DNA from: Nitrospirota bacterium | GTDB taxonomy: Bacteria > Nitrospirota > Thermodesulfovibrionia > Thermodesulfovibrionales > Dissulfurispiraceae | DNA: 64,000 nucleotides | NCBI GenBank assembly: GCA_040754455.1 | Contig: JBFMCP010000002.1 | Coordinates: 175,639 to 239,638, forward strand | Reading direction: 5' to 3' | Shown: in pieces, positions 50,029-59,641 of the stretch | How positions within the stretch are numbered: the stretch's first letter is position 1 | Layout: each line of letters begins with the position of its first letter | Notes under the pieces: model-generated | The model's database searches: none | Seen by the model: the letters and a program-made list of their open reading frames with translations, nothing else | Told to the model about the DNA's origin: nothing | Program-made: the position numbers and the translations under genes

Positions 50029-51906
50029 ATGTGCGGCATATGCGGTTCGTATAGTCTCCTGGGAGAATATGTCGCCAAGCAGGATGTGGAGAAGATGACT
50101 GCCGCCATGAGACATCGGGGCCCAGACGGGTCCGGCGTATATATCAAGGGTCCCCTGGGGTTGGGGCACCGGCGCTTGAGTATCATTGATATCGGGGGCG
50201 GCTCTCAGCCCATGGCAAACGAGACGAATGAAATATATCTGGTATTCAACGGAGAAATATATAATTACATCGAGCTTAGAGATATTCTTGAGAAAAAAGG
50301 TCATGTCTTCAAAACTAATTCCGATACCGAGGTGATTATTCATGGCTATGAGGAATGGGGCATCGACACTGTTAAGAAATTCAATGGGATATTCGCCTTT
50401 GCACTCTGGGATTCGCGACTAAATCAGCTGCTTCTCGCACGCGATCATCTGGGAGTCAAACCGCTCTATTATATTTTTCTTAAGGGTAAGCTGCTGTTTG
50501 CATCCGAGATCAAGGCGTTGCTGACCGATATGAATTGTCCCCGCGAGGTCGATATCGAATCCCTGGAGCAATTATTCACGTTCAGGTATGTGCCTTCGCC
50601 TCGTACTCTGTTTAAATCCATCAAGAAACTCTCTCCTGGACACATTATGACGGTGGACGAGCGCGGGTACGATATCCGTCAGTACTGGGACTGGACTCCC
50701 AGGATCAATAACGAGTGCACGATAGACGATCTGATCGAGAAATATCAGTATCTGCTGGAAGACGCCATTAAGCTACAAATGCGGAGTGATGTGCCGATAG
50801 GATTATTCTTAAGTTCAGGAGTCGATTCCAGCACAATCCTGGCCCTCATGAGTCGGATGTCAGTGAAACCCGTGTATACGTTCACTATCGGCTTTGAAGG
50901 AGGAGAAAAAACAAACGAACTCGACGACGCCAGGGAAATTGCAAGGATGTTCGGGGCAGACTACTCTGAAATGATCCTCGGTCCTACGGATTACGAGAAG
51001 TATTATGACCGCTATCTCATGGACTTGGAAGAGCCGGTGGGCCATGAATCCGCCGCAGCCTTTTATTTTGTCAGTAAAAAAGCAAGTGAGAAAGTCAAGG
51101 TCGCGATGTGCGGGCAGGGGGCTGATGAAGCATGGGCCGGATACAATAGATATATCGGGGTGAAGCTGTCGGACATCTACTGCAAATTGCCGGCTTTTTT
51201 GACCGATGACATTGTGAAGCCTTTTGTGTTCAGTCTTCCGAAAAATGAACTTTTGAAACGCGGCGTCGTGTCGCTCGGTGAACGGGACATATTGACGCGT
51301 TTTGCCAAGATGTACTCATTTTATCGTGATGACATGAAGGCCAGGCTTTTCAGAGGTTGGGTAAAGGAAAAGCTGTCCGGCTTGTCGTGTGAAGCGAAAT
51401 ACGCCTTGCGTCACCTGCAGACGCCTGTGCAGCATCTCGATACTCTCAGCCAAATGCTCTACATAGATACCAGGGCCAGCCTGCCTGATGACCTGCTCAT
51501 GGTAGCTGATAAGACCTCCATGGCAAATTCGCTGGAGGCAAGAGTCCCTTTCTTGGATTATCGTCTGATAGAGTTCATCGAGACCGTTCCGCCCCAGTAC
51601 AAGCTCAGGGGGATCAGCCGCAAATATTTACATAAAAAGGCTGTGGGAAAATGGCTTCCGAAGAAAATCATATACAGAAAGAAAAAGGGCTTTACGAACC
51701 CTATGGAAATATGGCTACGAGACAAAATGCAGGAATGCATCAATAGCCGTCTTCTGAGCGCAGACTCTGCGTCGAAACGGTACTTCGATGACGGTTATAT
51801 AAGAGAAATGATCAATCTGCATAATCAGCAAAAGGAAAACTATACAAGACACATTAATCTCCTGCTGTCGTTCGAAATGTGGCACCGGCAGTTTATCGGC
51901 AATTGA
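50029..51906 (+). CDS. asnB: Asparagine synthase-like amidotransferase (glutamine-hydrolysing)
   Basis: MCGICG, HRGPD, HRRLSIID, FNGEIYN, LSSGVDSS, GQGADE, SLEARVPFLD, KKKGF. Confidence 0.93.
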   Translation: MCGICGSYSLLGEYVAKQDVEKMTAAMRHRGPDGSGVYIKGPLGLGHRRLSIIDIGGGSQPMANETNEIYLVFNGEIYNYIELRDILEKKGHVFKTNSDTEVIIHGYEEWGIDTVKKFNGIFAFALWDSRLNQLLLARDHLGVKPLYYIFLKGKLLFASEIKALLTDMNCPREVDIESLEQLFTFRYVPSPRTLFKSIKKLSPGHIMTVDERGYDIRQYWDWTPRINNECTIDDLIEKYQYLLEDAIKLQMRSDVPIGLFLSSGVDSSTILALMSRMSVKPVYTFTIGFEGGEKTNELDDAREIARMFGADYSEMILGPTDYEKYYDRYLMDLEEPVGHESAAAFYFVSKKASEKVKVAMCGQGADEAWAGYNRYIGVKLSDIYCKLPAFLTDDIVKPFVFSLPKNELLKRGVVSLGERDILTRFAKMYSFYRDDMKARLFRGWVKEKLSGLSCEAKYALRHLQTPVQHLDTLSQMLYIDTRASLPDDLLMVADKTSMANSLEARVPFLDYRLIEFIETVPPQYKLRGISRKYLHKKAVGKWLPKKIIYRKKKGFTNPMEIWLRDKMQECINSRLLSADSASKRYFDDGYIREMINLHNQQKENYTRHINLLLSFEMWHRQFIGN

Positions 51907-51918
51907 AGCCACCAGAAT

Positions 51919-52887
51919 GTGTATTCTATGGATCTGTCAATTATCATCGTAAACTGGAACTCCAAGGAGTACCTCCGTAAGTGCCTTGCCTCTATTATGA
52001 CAGGGATGCACAGAATTGAATATGAAATTATCGTCATCGATAATGCATCGTTCGACGGCTGCGAGGAGATGCTGCGCCGGCACTTCCCACAGATTCGATT
52101 TATTCAGAGCAACGAAAACCTTGGCTTTGCAAGAGCGAATAATGCTGCCTTCAAGGTGTCAAAAGGCAGGAATATCCTGTTCTTGAATCCGGATACCGAA
52201 ATTGAAGACGCTGCGATTGAAACCCTGAGCCGTTCGCTGGACGCATTGCCGGATGCCGGTATTGTGGGTGCGAGTCTTCTTAACAGTGACCGGTCGGTCC
52301 AGACAAGCTGCATCCGGGCGTTTCCGACTATCTTGAATCAGCTCCTCGAGTCCGATGCCCTCCGTCATGCTTTCCCGAAAGCCGGCATGTGGGGTACAGG
52401 TCCTTTGTTTACAGAAGATAGGACTCCTGCTGAAGTGGACGCAGTGTCGGGAGCATCATTAATGATAAAAAGGTCAGTGTTCGAGGCCGTCGGAATGTTC
52501 AGCACCGACTACTTCATGTATTCGGAGGACATCGATCTTTGCTTAAAGGTGCGGGAGGCGGGCTGGAAAACCTATTATGTTCCGTCATCGGTCATCATCC
52601 ATCATGGCGGAACAAGCAGTTCGCAAAGCAGCGTGAGCGTTTTTTCCAGTGTTATGTTGCTGGAATCACGCTGGCGTTTTTTCAGGAAGACACGGTCCCC
52701 CTGGTATTGCTGGTCCTACCGGCTGGCACTGTGCGGCGCGAGTATCGTACGGATCGGCTTGGTAGTGCTCATGTGGTTGGTTTATGGTCTGCGTGGACGA
52801 GGGCACCCGATACGGAACACAGTTAAAAGGTGGTTGGCACGGCTCCGCTGGACCTTGGGTGGAGAAGGCTGGGTCAAAAGGTACTAA
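51919..52887 (+). CDS. Glycosyltransferase family 2 (rhamnosyltransferase-like)
   Basis: SIIIVNWN, IDNAS, NLGFARANN, FLNPD, FMYSEDIDLC. Confidence 0.9.
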   Translation: MYSMDLSIIIVNWNSKEYLRKCLASIMTGMHRIEYEIIVIDNASFDGCEEMLRRHFPQIRFIQSNENLGFARANNAAFKVSKGRNILFLNPDTEIEDAAIETLSRSLDALPDAGIVGASLLNSDRSVQTSCIRAFPTILNQLLESDALRHAFPKAGMWGTGPLFTEDRTPAEVDAVSGASLMIKRSVFEAVGMFSTDYFMYSEDIDLCLKVREAGWKTYYVPSSVIIHHGGTSSSQSSVSVFSSVMLLESRWRFFRKTRSPWYCWSYRLALCGASIVRIGLVVLMWLVYGLRGRGHPIRNTVKRWLARLRWTLGGEGWVKRY

Positions 52888-53100
52888 GGGCCTGCGGAAA
52901 CCTGCCCCCGATAAGCTCTGTGATTGGAATCACAGATACCCTGAGAAGGCTTACGCTATTCTATAGCTTACAGGAATGCTTTCAGCACTCCCCCGCCGTA
53001 GAACGGCGCACTATCCAGAAGAATGGGACGTAACCCCTTAGGCTCTGTTTCCGGTCGCAATGGAGCAGGCGGGTTGCCAAGCAGCAAGGAGGGATGGGTT

Positions 53101-54513
53101 ATGAAGTACAATTTGAGAACGACGGCAAACACCTCGCCTTTGAGAGAACAAACGAGGTGCTCATCAATACACATGAAAGTCTTTTTATTTACAGCTTTAT
53201 TTGTAATAGTGCTGTTTCTCGGGATATCGGGCGCCGAGGCTGCACCGATCTATTACGTGCGCGCAGGGGCTGTAGGCAACGGCTCTGGCTCTGATTGGAC
53301 GAATGCTTACACTTCTTTACCCGCCAGCCTGGTAAGGGGGGCGACGTACTACATAGCTGACGGGTCTTATGCAGGGTATACATTTGACGATGCTCAAAAC
53401 GGCTCGACGTATATTTACATCAAGAAGGCAACTGCTTCAGACCACGGCACGGACACCGGCTGGAGCAGTTCTTACGGTGACGGGCAGGCAGAATTCGGTC
53501 CGGTCTCTTTTTCAAGCGGCTACTATGAAATCGACGGTCAGACCGGTGGAGGAAACGGAAGCTGGGACTCAGGCTACGGCATCAGAATACGGACGACATC
53601 GAACGCTACTGCGAAGCTGGTTAAGTTCAATACGGCTGTTACTAATATTACGTTTCGGCACATTGATTTCTCGTTCGACTACAACGACGGCTTAACATTC
53701 CCAGCCGGTTCACAGGTAGCTGTCAGCCAGGATGCAATTTATGGCACCAATAGTGCTTCCAACATGACGTTCAGCTATTGCCGCTTTAATAGGGCAGGGC
53801 GGACTGCATTTCTTACCAGGGCCACATGGAACAATATCATAATCGAGCATACCTATTTCAGAGATTGCACAATCGGGACGACTTCATCTAATCACGGTGA
53901 GATATGGTCAGCCAATCACGGCGTCAATGGCCTTACCAATGTTACATTCCGTTATAATTACGTGAGGAACTTCACCTCCACCGGAGGGCTTATATTGTCC
54001 GGAGGCAATGGCATTGATATCTACGGCAACATTTTCCAGTCGACGGTTATCGGAAGTAAAGCTAACGGCGTGATTGCCAACTGGACCGCCGAACCGGTGA
54101 CCGTCAACGTAAGAATTTACAACAATACGTTCGTAGATACAGATGCCCGGATAGGCTTTGGAAACACTTCCGGCTGGGTTGCTTACAACAATCTCTTTTA
54201 TTCCAACACTTATATAGGGTTTACCAATACCACGCATGATTATAACCGCTCGGATGTCAACCTCTCCGAACCCAACGGTGAGGTGAACGTCGCTGACCCC
54301 TTTACCAATAGAGCCGGTAACAATTTTACGCTCTCTGCTGCTACGAAGCCAGGCACAAATCTTTCGAATGTCTTCACAAAAGACATGAATAACAACACAA
54401 TGGGCGCCGATGGAACATGGGACAGGGGCGCTTTTGAATTTACTTCTGGAGCAAATCCCAAACGGCCTTCTCCGCCTCTTCATCTGAGTGCAACAGCCCA
54501 GGCTGCACTTTAA
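53101..54513 (+). CDS. Secreted right-handed beta-helix (pectin-lyase-like) protein
   Basis: Hydrophobic signal ending AEA; GNGSGSDWTNA; Asn-rich repeats (IYGNIF, IYNNTF, AYNNLF); WDRGAFEF C-terminal motif; start 53101 or 53173. Confidence 0.7.
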   Translation: MKYNLRTTANTSPLREQTRCSSIHMKVFLFTALFVIVLFLGISGAEAAPIYYVRAGAVGNGSGSDWTNAYTSLPASLVRGATYYIADGSYAGYTFDDAQNGSTYIYIKKATASDHGTDTGWSSSYGDGQAEFGPVSFSSGYYEIDGQTGGGNGSWDSGYGIRIRTTSNATAKLVKFNTAVTNITFRHIDFSFDYNDGLTFPAGSQVAVSQDAIYGTNSASNMTFSYCRFNRAGRTAFLTRATWNNIIIEHTYFRDCTIGTTSSNHGEIWSANHGVNGLTNVTFRYNYVRNFTSTGGLILSGGNGIDIYGNIFQSTVIGSKANGVIANWTAEPVTVNVRIYNNTFVDTDARIGFGNTSGWVAYNNLFYSNTYIGFTNTTHDYNRSDVNLSEPNGEVNVADPFTNRAGNNFTLSAATKPGTNLSNVFTKDMNNNTMGADGTWDRGAFEFTSGANPKRPSPPLHLSATAQAAL

Positions 54514-54542
54514 CAAATCCAGACAATTAGAGTAAAGCACGC

Positions 54543-54564
54543 GCGGCTGGTTTTAACCAGCCGC
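54543..54564 (+). terminator. Intra-operon terminator-like hairpin
   Basis: gcggctggtt-tt-aaccagccgc after the beta-helix gene; T-rich tract shortly downstream. Confidence 0.55.
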
Positions 54565-54793
54565 CGTGGCTATATCTTTTCATCTCTGCAGCCTTGTATC
54601 AATCCGAACGATAAGAAGCCTACAAGCCGTACTCCTTAATTGGCTATGCGCAGGAAACAACTCCTTGACGGCAATCCTGCCGTACAAGCGACAATGTCGA
54701 ACCAAGATATCTGCGGGCGGCATTTCAACGGACCTCTATTTTTAAAGAGGAATACAGTAATCTTGTAACTCGATAATAAACGGGGGCTGTCCG

Positions 54794-56104
54794 ATGAACG
54801 TGAATAGTATCGCTGTAATATTTCTCATGTTAAATGCGGCCTTGCTGCTGCTTTTACCGCGGCGATGGGCCCCTTTGCCGTTACTCGTCGGGGCCTGTTA
54901 CATGCCCCTGGCCCAGGGAATTGAGATAGGGCCGTTCACCTTCACCGTGATCCGAATATTGGTGGCAGCAGGAGTAGTGCGGATGATTATACGAGGTGAG
55001 CGCTTGACCGGTGGAATGAATGCTATGGACTGGCTTATGCTGGTATGGTCCGCATGGGCACTGACAAGCAGCGTTTTTCATCATGACCACTCTGATGCAC
55101 TCATCCTCCGGCTCGGCCTCGTTTACAATGCGTGTGGCATCTATTTCCTGCTTCGTGTGTTCTGCCAATCACTCGACGATGTAGTGGGACTGTGTCGCAT
55201 CATGGCGATCCTGCTGGTTCCCGTGGCAGTAGAGATGCTCTATGAGAAGCTGACGTTGCACAATCTTTTCTCTGCATTAGGGGCAGCGGAGTGGCCGGCC
55301 ATCCGGGAAGGCAAAATTCGTGCTCAGGGCCCCTTTTCCCATTCCATTTTAGCCGGGACCATAGGTGCAGTGAGTATTCCTCTTATGATCGGATTATGGC
55401 ATCGATACCGCAGAGAGGCAATGGCAGGAATTTTCGCGTGTCTGGTAATGGTCTTTACCTCTGCATCGAGCGGGCCGATTATTAGCACTACAGTGGGAAT
55501 CGGAGCTCTGATGATGTGGCGTTTCCGACACAGAATGAGGCTTATCCGGTGGCTTGCAGTCTTTGGAATTACCAGCCTCGATTTGATTATGAAAGCGCCG
55601 GTGTACTATCTTATAGCGCGTATTGATCTGACCGGCGGGAGCACAGGATGGCACCGTGCCAGGCTCATTGAATCTGCTTTTCAACATCTCTCTGAATGGT
55701 GGCTGGCCGGGACTGATTACACCCGGCACTGGATGCCAACGGGCGTAAGTTGGAATCCGGACCACACCGACATAACTAACTACTATCTCAAAACGGGGGT
55801 CATAGGAGGGTTGCCGCTCATGTTGTTGCTCATTGCTGTCCTGGCCATGGGGTTTGTATTTGTGGGGCAGGCGCTGCGGCAAACGGCTGATTTAACCCAC
55901 CGGTCTCAGTTTATGATCTGGGCTCTTGGGGCTTCGCTCTTTGCTCATGCGGCAACCTTTGTTTCCGTTTCCTACTTCGACCAGTCGTTTTTATTCATTT
56001 ATCTGACGCTTGCACTCATCGGATCCGCTTGGTCTAGCACCGTCATGTTTCGAGAAGAGGCGGAAGACATAGAACCGGCAGAAATGCAGCAGATACAGTC
56101 CTAA
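54794..56104 (+). CDS. Wzy polymerase / O-antigen ligase-like membrane protein
   Basis: About 11-12 TM helices; RAQGPFSHSILAG, SASSGP, DITNYY motifs; locus context. Confidence 0.72.
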   Translation: MNVNSIAVIFLMLNAALLLLLPRRWAPLPLLVGACYMPLAQGIEIGPFTFTVIRILVAAGVVRMIIRGERLTGGMNAMDWLMLVWSAWALTSSVFHHDHSDALILRLGLVYNACGIYFLLRVFCQSLDDVVGLCRIMAILLVPVAVEMLYEKLTLHNLFSALGAAEWPAIREGKIRAQGPFSHSILAGTIGAVSIPLMIGLWHRYRREAMAGIFACLVMVFTSASSGPIISTTVGIGALMMWRFRHRMRLIRWLAVFGITSLDLIMKAPVYYLIARIDLTGGSTGWHRARLIESAFQHLSEWWLAGTDYTRHWMPTGVSWNPDHTDITNYYLKTGVIGGLPLMLLLIAVLAMGFVFVGQALRQTADLTHRSQFMIWALGASLFAHAATFVSVSYFDQSFLFIYLTLALIGSAWSSTVMFREEAEDIEPAEMQQIQS

Positions 56105-56146
56105 TAGAGTTGAACAGAAGACATGGTAAACGGAGGTAAAGATTCA

Positions 56147-56986
56147 ATGCTCATAAAAGTCCTGATGATCACCTACAACCGCCCTGAGTACACGAGGTTA
56201 TCTCTTGAGCGCTTATGCGGCACAGCACCAAAAAACCTTCGCGTGACGATCTGGGACAATGCTTCGGATGCCGCTACCAGAGAGGTGGTCGAAAAATTCA
56301 AAAATCACTGGTGTGTGGAGCGCGTTATTTTCAACGAGACCAATGAGAAGCTCAGAAGACCCACTAATTGGTTTTGGGAAAATAGTCTCGATGCGGATCT
56401 GCTCGGCAAGGTCGATGACGACTGCCTCGTCCCTGAAGATTGGTGCCAGATCCTTGCGCAGGCCCACAAAGATATCCCTGAGGCCGGAATCCTGGCCTGT
56501 TGCCGTTTTCTGCCGGAGGATTTCAACTATGAGAGAGCTTCAAAGAAGATCTCGACCTTCGGAATCCACCAGGTGCTGAGAAACTGCTGGGTACAGGGAT
56601 CGGGGTATCTCATGAAACGTGAGGTGATTCGGAGAATCGGATTTCTGGAGCCGGAGGAAACCTTTACCACATTCTGCATCAGAGCTGCTGCCAAAGGATT
56701 TATGAACGGTTGGTATTACCCTTTCCTTTTCGAAGAGCATATGGACGACCCGCGGGTGCCCCATACCGGTATCCGGAGCGAAGAGGACTTCCAACGATTG
56801 ATTCCACTCAGCGCCAGGACATTCGGCATCAGGACGAGAGAGCAATGGATTCAGCGTTTAGTAACCTCGAATCAGAGACTTCAGGAGTACTCCATCAACC
56901 CGTATGATTTTATCGGCTATAGAGCCAGGTTAAATAGAAAGATCGCTGAGATCCGCGGCAAAGAATATTTTCCGAAAGTCAAATAA
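56147..56986 (+). CDS. Glycosyltransferase family 2
   Basis: LMITYNRPEY, WDNASD, KVDDD. Confidence 0.82.
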   Translation: MLIKVLMITYNRPEYTRLSLERLCGTAPKNLRVTIWDNASDAATREVVEKFKNHWCVERVIFNETNEKLRRPTNWFWENSLDADLLGKVDDDCLVPEDWCQILAQAHKDIPEAGILACCRFLPEDFNYERASKKISTFGIHQVLRNCWVQGSGYLMKREVIRRIGFLEPEETFTTFCIRAAAKGFMNGWYYPFLFEEHMDDPRVPHTGIRSEEDFQRLIPLSARTFGIRTREQWIQRLVTSNQRLQEYSINPYDFIGYRARLNRKIAEIRGKEYFPKVK

Positions 56987-56994
56987 ACGCAAGC

Positions 56995-58332
56995 TTGATT
57001 CGGCTTTTTCGAAGACGAGTGGAGAAACAAAGCCCCAAAATTTGCCTGCTCGGCGCATCGTTTGGTACGAGCAATATGGGAGTGAATGCACTCACCGCAG
57101 GTACTCTCAAAGCTTTTTTTGAACAATATCCCTCTGGAGAGCTGTTTTTGCTCGATTACGGGAAAGAAGCGGTTACCTACAACTTTCAGGCAGGTGACAG
57201 GATAATTCCCGTTCAACTCGTCAATATCAGGTTCTCGAAGAAGTTCTATCTTAAGAACAATATCGCATTGCTCATTATGTTTGCTATGCTCGCAAGGTGC
57301 ATCCCTCTTCGCCGGCTACGGAGGAAAGTGATTTCCAAAAACTTCTGGTTGAGCCGGATAGCGGAGGCGGACAGCATAGTGTCGATGGCGGGTGGAGACA
57401 GTTTCAGTGACATATACGGCATAGGCAGGTTCATGTATGTCTCGCTGCCGCAACTCCTCGCGCTTTTTCTCGGAAAGAGACTGGTCTTTTTGCCACAGAC
57501 CATCGGTCCGTTTGACAGTGCCCTCGCAAAAAAGATTGCGAAATTCATTATGTACAGGGCTTCAGCGATTTATTCGAGAGACCACACGGGACTAAAGGAA
57601 ACGGAAGATTTGCTCGGCTCGGAAAATAGCAGAGGAAAGGTCAGGTTTTGTTATGATGTGGGCTTTGTTCTCGATCCGCTGAAACCCCTTCATATGGACC
57701 TCGATGGCCTTCCGGAGCTGGGGGGCGGGAATTCCCCGATTGTCGGTTTGAACATCAGCGGACTCCTCTTCATGGGCGGATACTCGCGGAATAACATGTT
57801 CGGATTGAAAATCGACTACCGGCAGCTCGTCTACGATGTTATTGAGCATCTCATACTCAGAAAAGGAGCTCACGTGCTGCTGGTGCCTCATGTCTTCGGG
57901 GCTGAAGGGCACCCCGAAAGTGATTCGGCCGTTTGCAAGCGAATTTACGCAGAGTTGAAGCAGACGTATCAAAACAGTCTTTATTATGCCCGTGGAAACT
58001 ATAATCAAAGCGAGATTAAATATATTATCGGGCTCTGCGATTTCTTTGTCGGTTCCCGCATGCATGCCTGTATCGCGGCCCTTTCCCAGCATGTGCCTGT
58101 TGTGTCTATCGCGTACAGCAAAAAATTTATCGGCGTCCTGGAGACGGTCGGGATGGAAGACTGTGTGGCTGACCCGAGAGTCATGGAAGAACATGAGATT
58201 ATCAGGAGAATCGATGAGGTGTTTGAGAAACGGGCAGTCGTAAAGAAAAGGCTTGAGCAGACAATGCCCGAGGTGAAAGCGCGCGTACAGAATCTGTTTA
58301 ACGATATATGCGGTACTGCCCGTGAGATTTAA
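56995..58332 (+). CDS. Polysaccharide pyruvyl transferase family (WcaK-like)
   Basis: NMGVNAL, GGDSFSDIYG, PQTIGPF, SRD, GSRMHACIAAL, IAYSKK. Confidence 0.88.
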   Translation: MIRLFRRRVEKQSPKICLLGASFGTSNMGVNALTAGTLKAFFEQYPSGELFLLDYGKEAVTYNFQAGDRIIPVQLVNIRFSKKFYLKNNIALLIMFAMLARCIPLRRLRRKVISKNFWLSRIAEADSIVSMAGGDSFSDIYGIGRFMYVSLPQLLALFLGKRLVFLPQTIGPFDSALAKKIAKFIMYRASAIYSRDHTGLKETEDLLGSENSRGKVRFCYDVGFVLDPLKPLHMDLDGLPELGGGNSPIVGLNISGLLFMGGYSRNNMFGLKIDYRQLVYDVIEHLILRKGAHVLLVPHVFGAEGHPESDSAVCKRIYAELKQTYQNSLYYARGNYNQSEIKYIIGLCDFFVGSRMHACIAALSQHVPVVSIAYSKKFIGVLETVGMEDCVADPRVMEEHEIIRRIDEVFEKRAVVKKRLEQTMPEVKARVQNLFNDICGTAREI

Positions 58333-59563
58333 AAATGCACAGCATATAGCGCAGTGGCGGCTCTGTGTCGGCTGCGGCGCCTGTGCGTATATATGCCCGG
58401 AAAACAGGATAGTGCTCACCGACAGGGTTGCTGACGGCATTAGACCTGCTCTTAAAGCGCCCGACTGTGATGGATGTGACCACTGCGTCAAGGTCTGTCC
58501 GGGGTACACGACCGCCCATCAGCGACATGCGGGCTCTTCCGGAATCATGGATGAGCTCAGGGAAAGCTGGGGTCCGATCCTGGAGATATGGGAAGGCCAT
58601 GCTGTTGATCCGGATATCCGGTACCGCGGATCTTCGGGCGGCGTTGCCAGTGCCCTGGCCCTCTACTGCATTGAAAGGGAGAATATGCACGGGCTGCTCC
58701 ATATCGCAGCTGACCCGGCAATACCCTACAGTAATAAGACGGTTTTGAGCCGGACCCGTGCGGAAATCCTCTCAAGGACAGGCTCCCGGTACGCTCCGGC
58801 ATCTCCCTGCGACAGCCTTTCCCATATCGAAGCTGCGCCGAATGTCTGTGCATTCATCGGAAAGCCCTGTGATGTCGTTGCTCTGCAGAAAGCCCGTTCG
58901 CTGCGGAGCGGGTTGGACAAAAAAATCGGTATAGCTATAGGAATATTTTGTGCCGGCACTCCCTCTACAACGGGCACACTGGAGTTGTTGAAGAAGCAAG
59001 GGGTGCACCCGGACGATGTCCAGATGGTCAGGTACCGGGGTGAGGGCTGGCCGGGAACGTTTAAGGCAAAGATAAAGGGTAAGTATTCCAGAGAACTGTC
59101 GTATTCCGTAGCCTGGGGGTTTCTGCAGAAATACCGGCCGTACCGATGCCATCTCTGTCCTGATGGGACCAGTGAGTTCGCGGATATTTCATGTGGTGAC
59201 CCGTGGTATAGGAACATCGAAGAGGGTGAGCAGGGTCTTTCGCTTGTTCTCGTGAGAACCGAAAAGGGGAGAGAAATTCTAAGTGGTGCACTCGAAGCGG
59301 GCTATGTTGCCCTTGAGAGGGCTCATCCGGAAAAGCTTTTTGACTCTCAAAGGAATCTCTTTCTGAAAAGAAGCGCTGTTTGGGGAAGATTGCTTGCTAT
59401 GAAAACGTTCGGGATACCGACGCCTCGCCTCGAAGGATTCTCGCTCTTCAGAAACTGGATGAAACTGTCCCTACGAGATAAGCTCCGCTCGACGGCCGGC
59501 ACCGCCCGGAGGATCATCCGGCGGAAGTATTACAAGCCGGTTAGATCAGAAGTATCCCACTGA
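58322..59563 (+). CDS. Coenzyme F420 hydrogenase/dehydrogenase beta-subunit (FrhB)-like protein with ferredoxin domain
   Basis: CVGCGACAYICP and CDGCDHCVKVCP; SSGGVAS; GSRY; FIGKPC; FCAG; CHLCPD; ADISCGDPW. Confidence 0.87.
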   Translation: MRFKNAQHIAQWRLCVGCGACAYICPENRIVLTDRVADGIRPALKAPDCDGCDHCVKVCPGYTTAHQRHAGSSGIMDELRESWGPILEIWEGHAVDPDIRYRGSSGGVASALALYCIERENMHGLLHIAADPAIPYSNKTVLSRTRAEILSRTGSRYAPASPCDSLSHIEAAPNVCAFIGKPCDVVALQKARSLRSGLDKKIGIAIGIFCAGTPSTTGTLELLKKQGVHPDDVQMVRYRGEGWPGTFKAKIKGKYSRELSYSVAWGFLQKYRPYRCHLCPDGTSEFADISCGDPWYRNIEEGEQGLSLVLVRTEKGREILSGALEAGYVALERAHPEKLFDSQRNLFLKRSAVWGRLLAMKTFGIPTPRLEGFSLFRNWMKLSLRDKLRSTAGTARRIIRRKYYKPVRSEVSH

Positions 59564-59641
59564 AGAAAGCACCACCTTCTGTCAAAGCTCTGCTCCTTTT
59601 GCAAACCGAACGAATACTTCACGATAAATGAGGAGAGCAGA

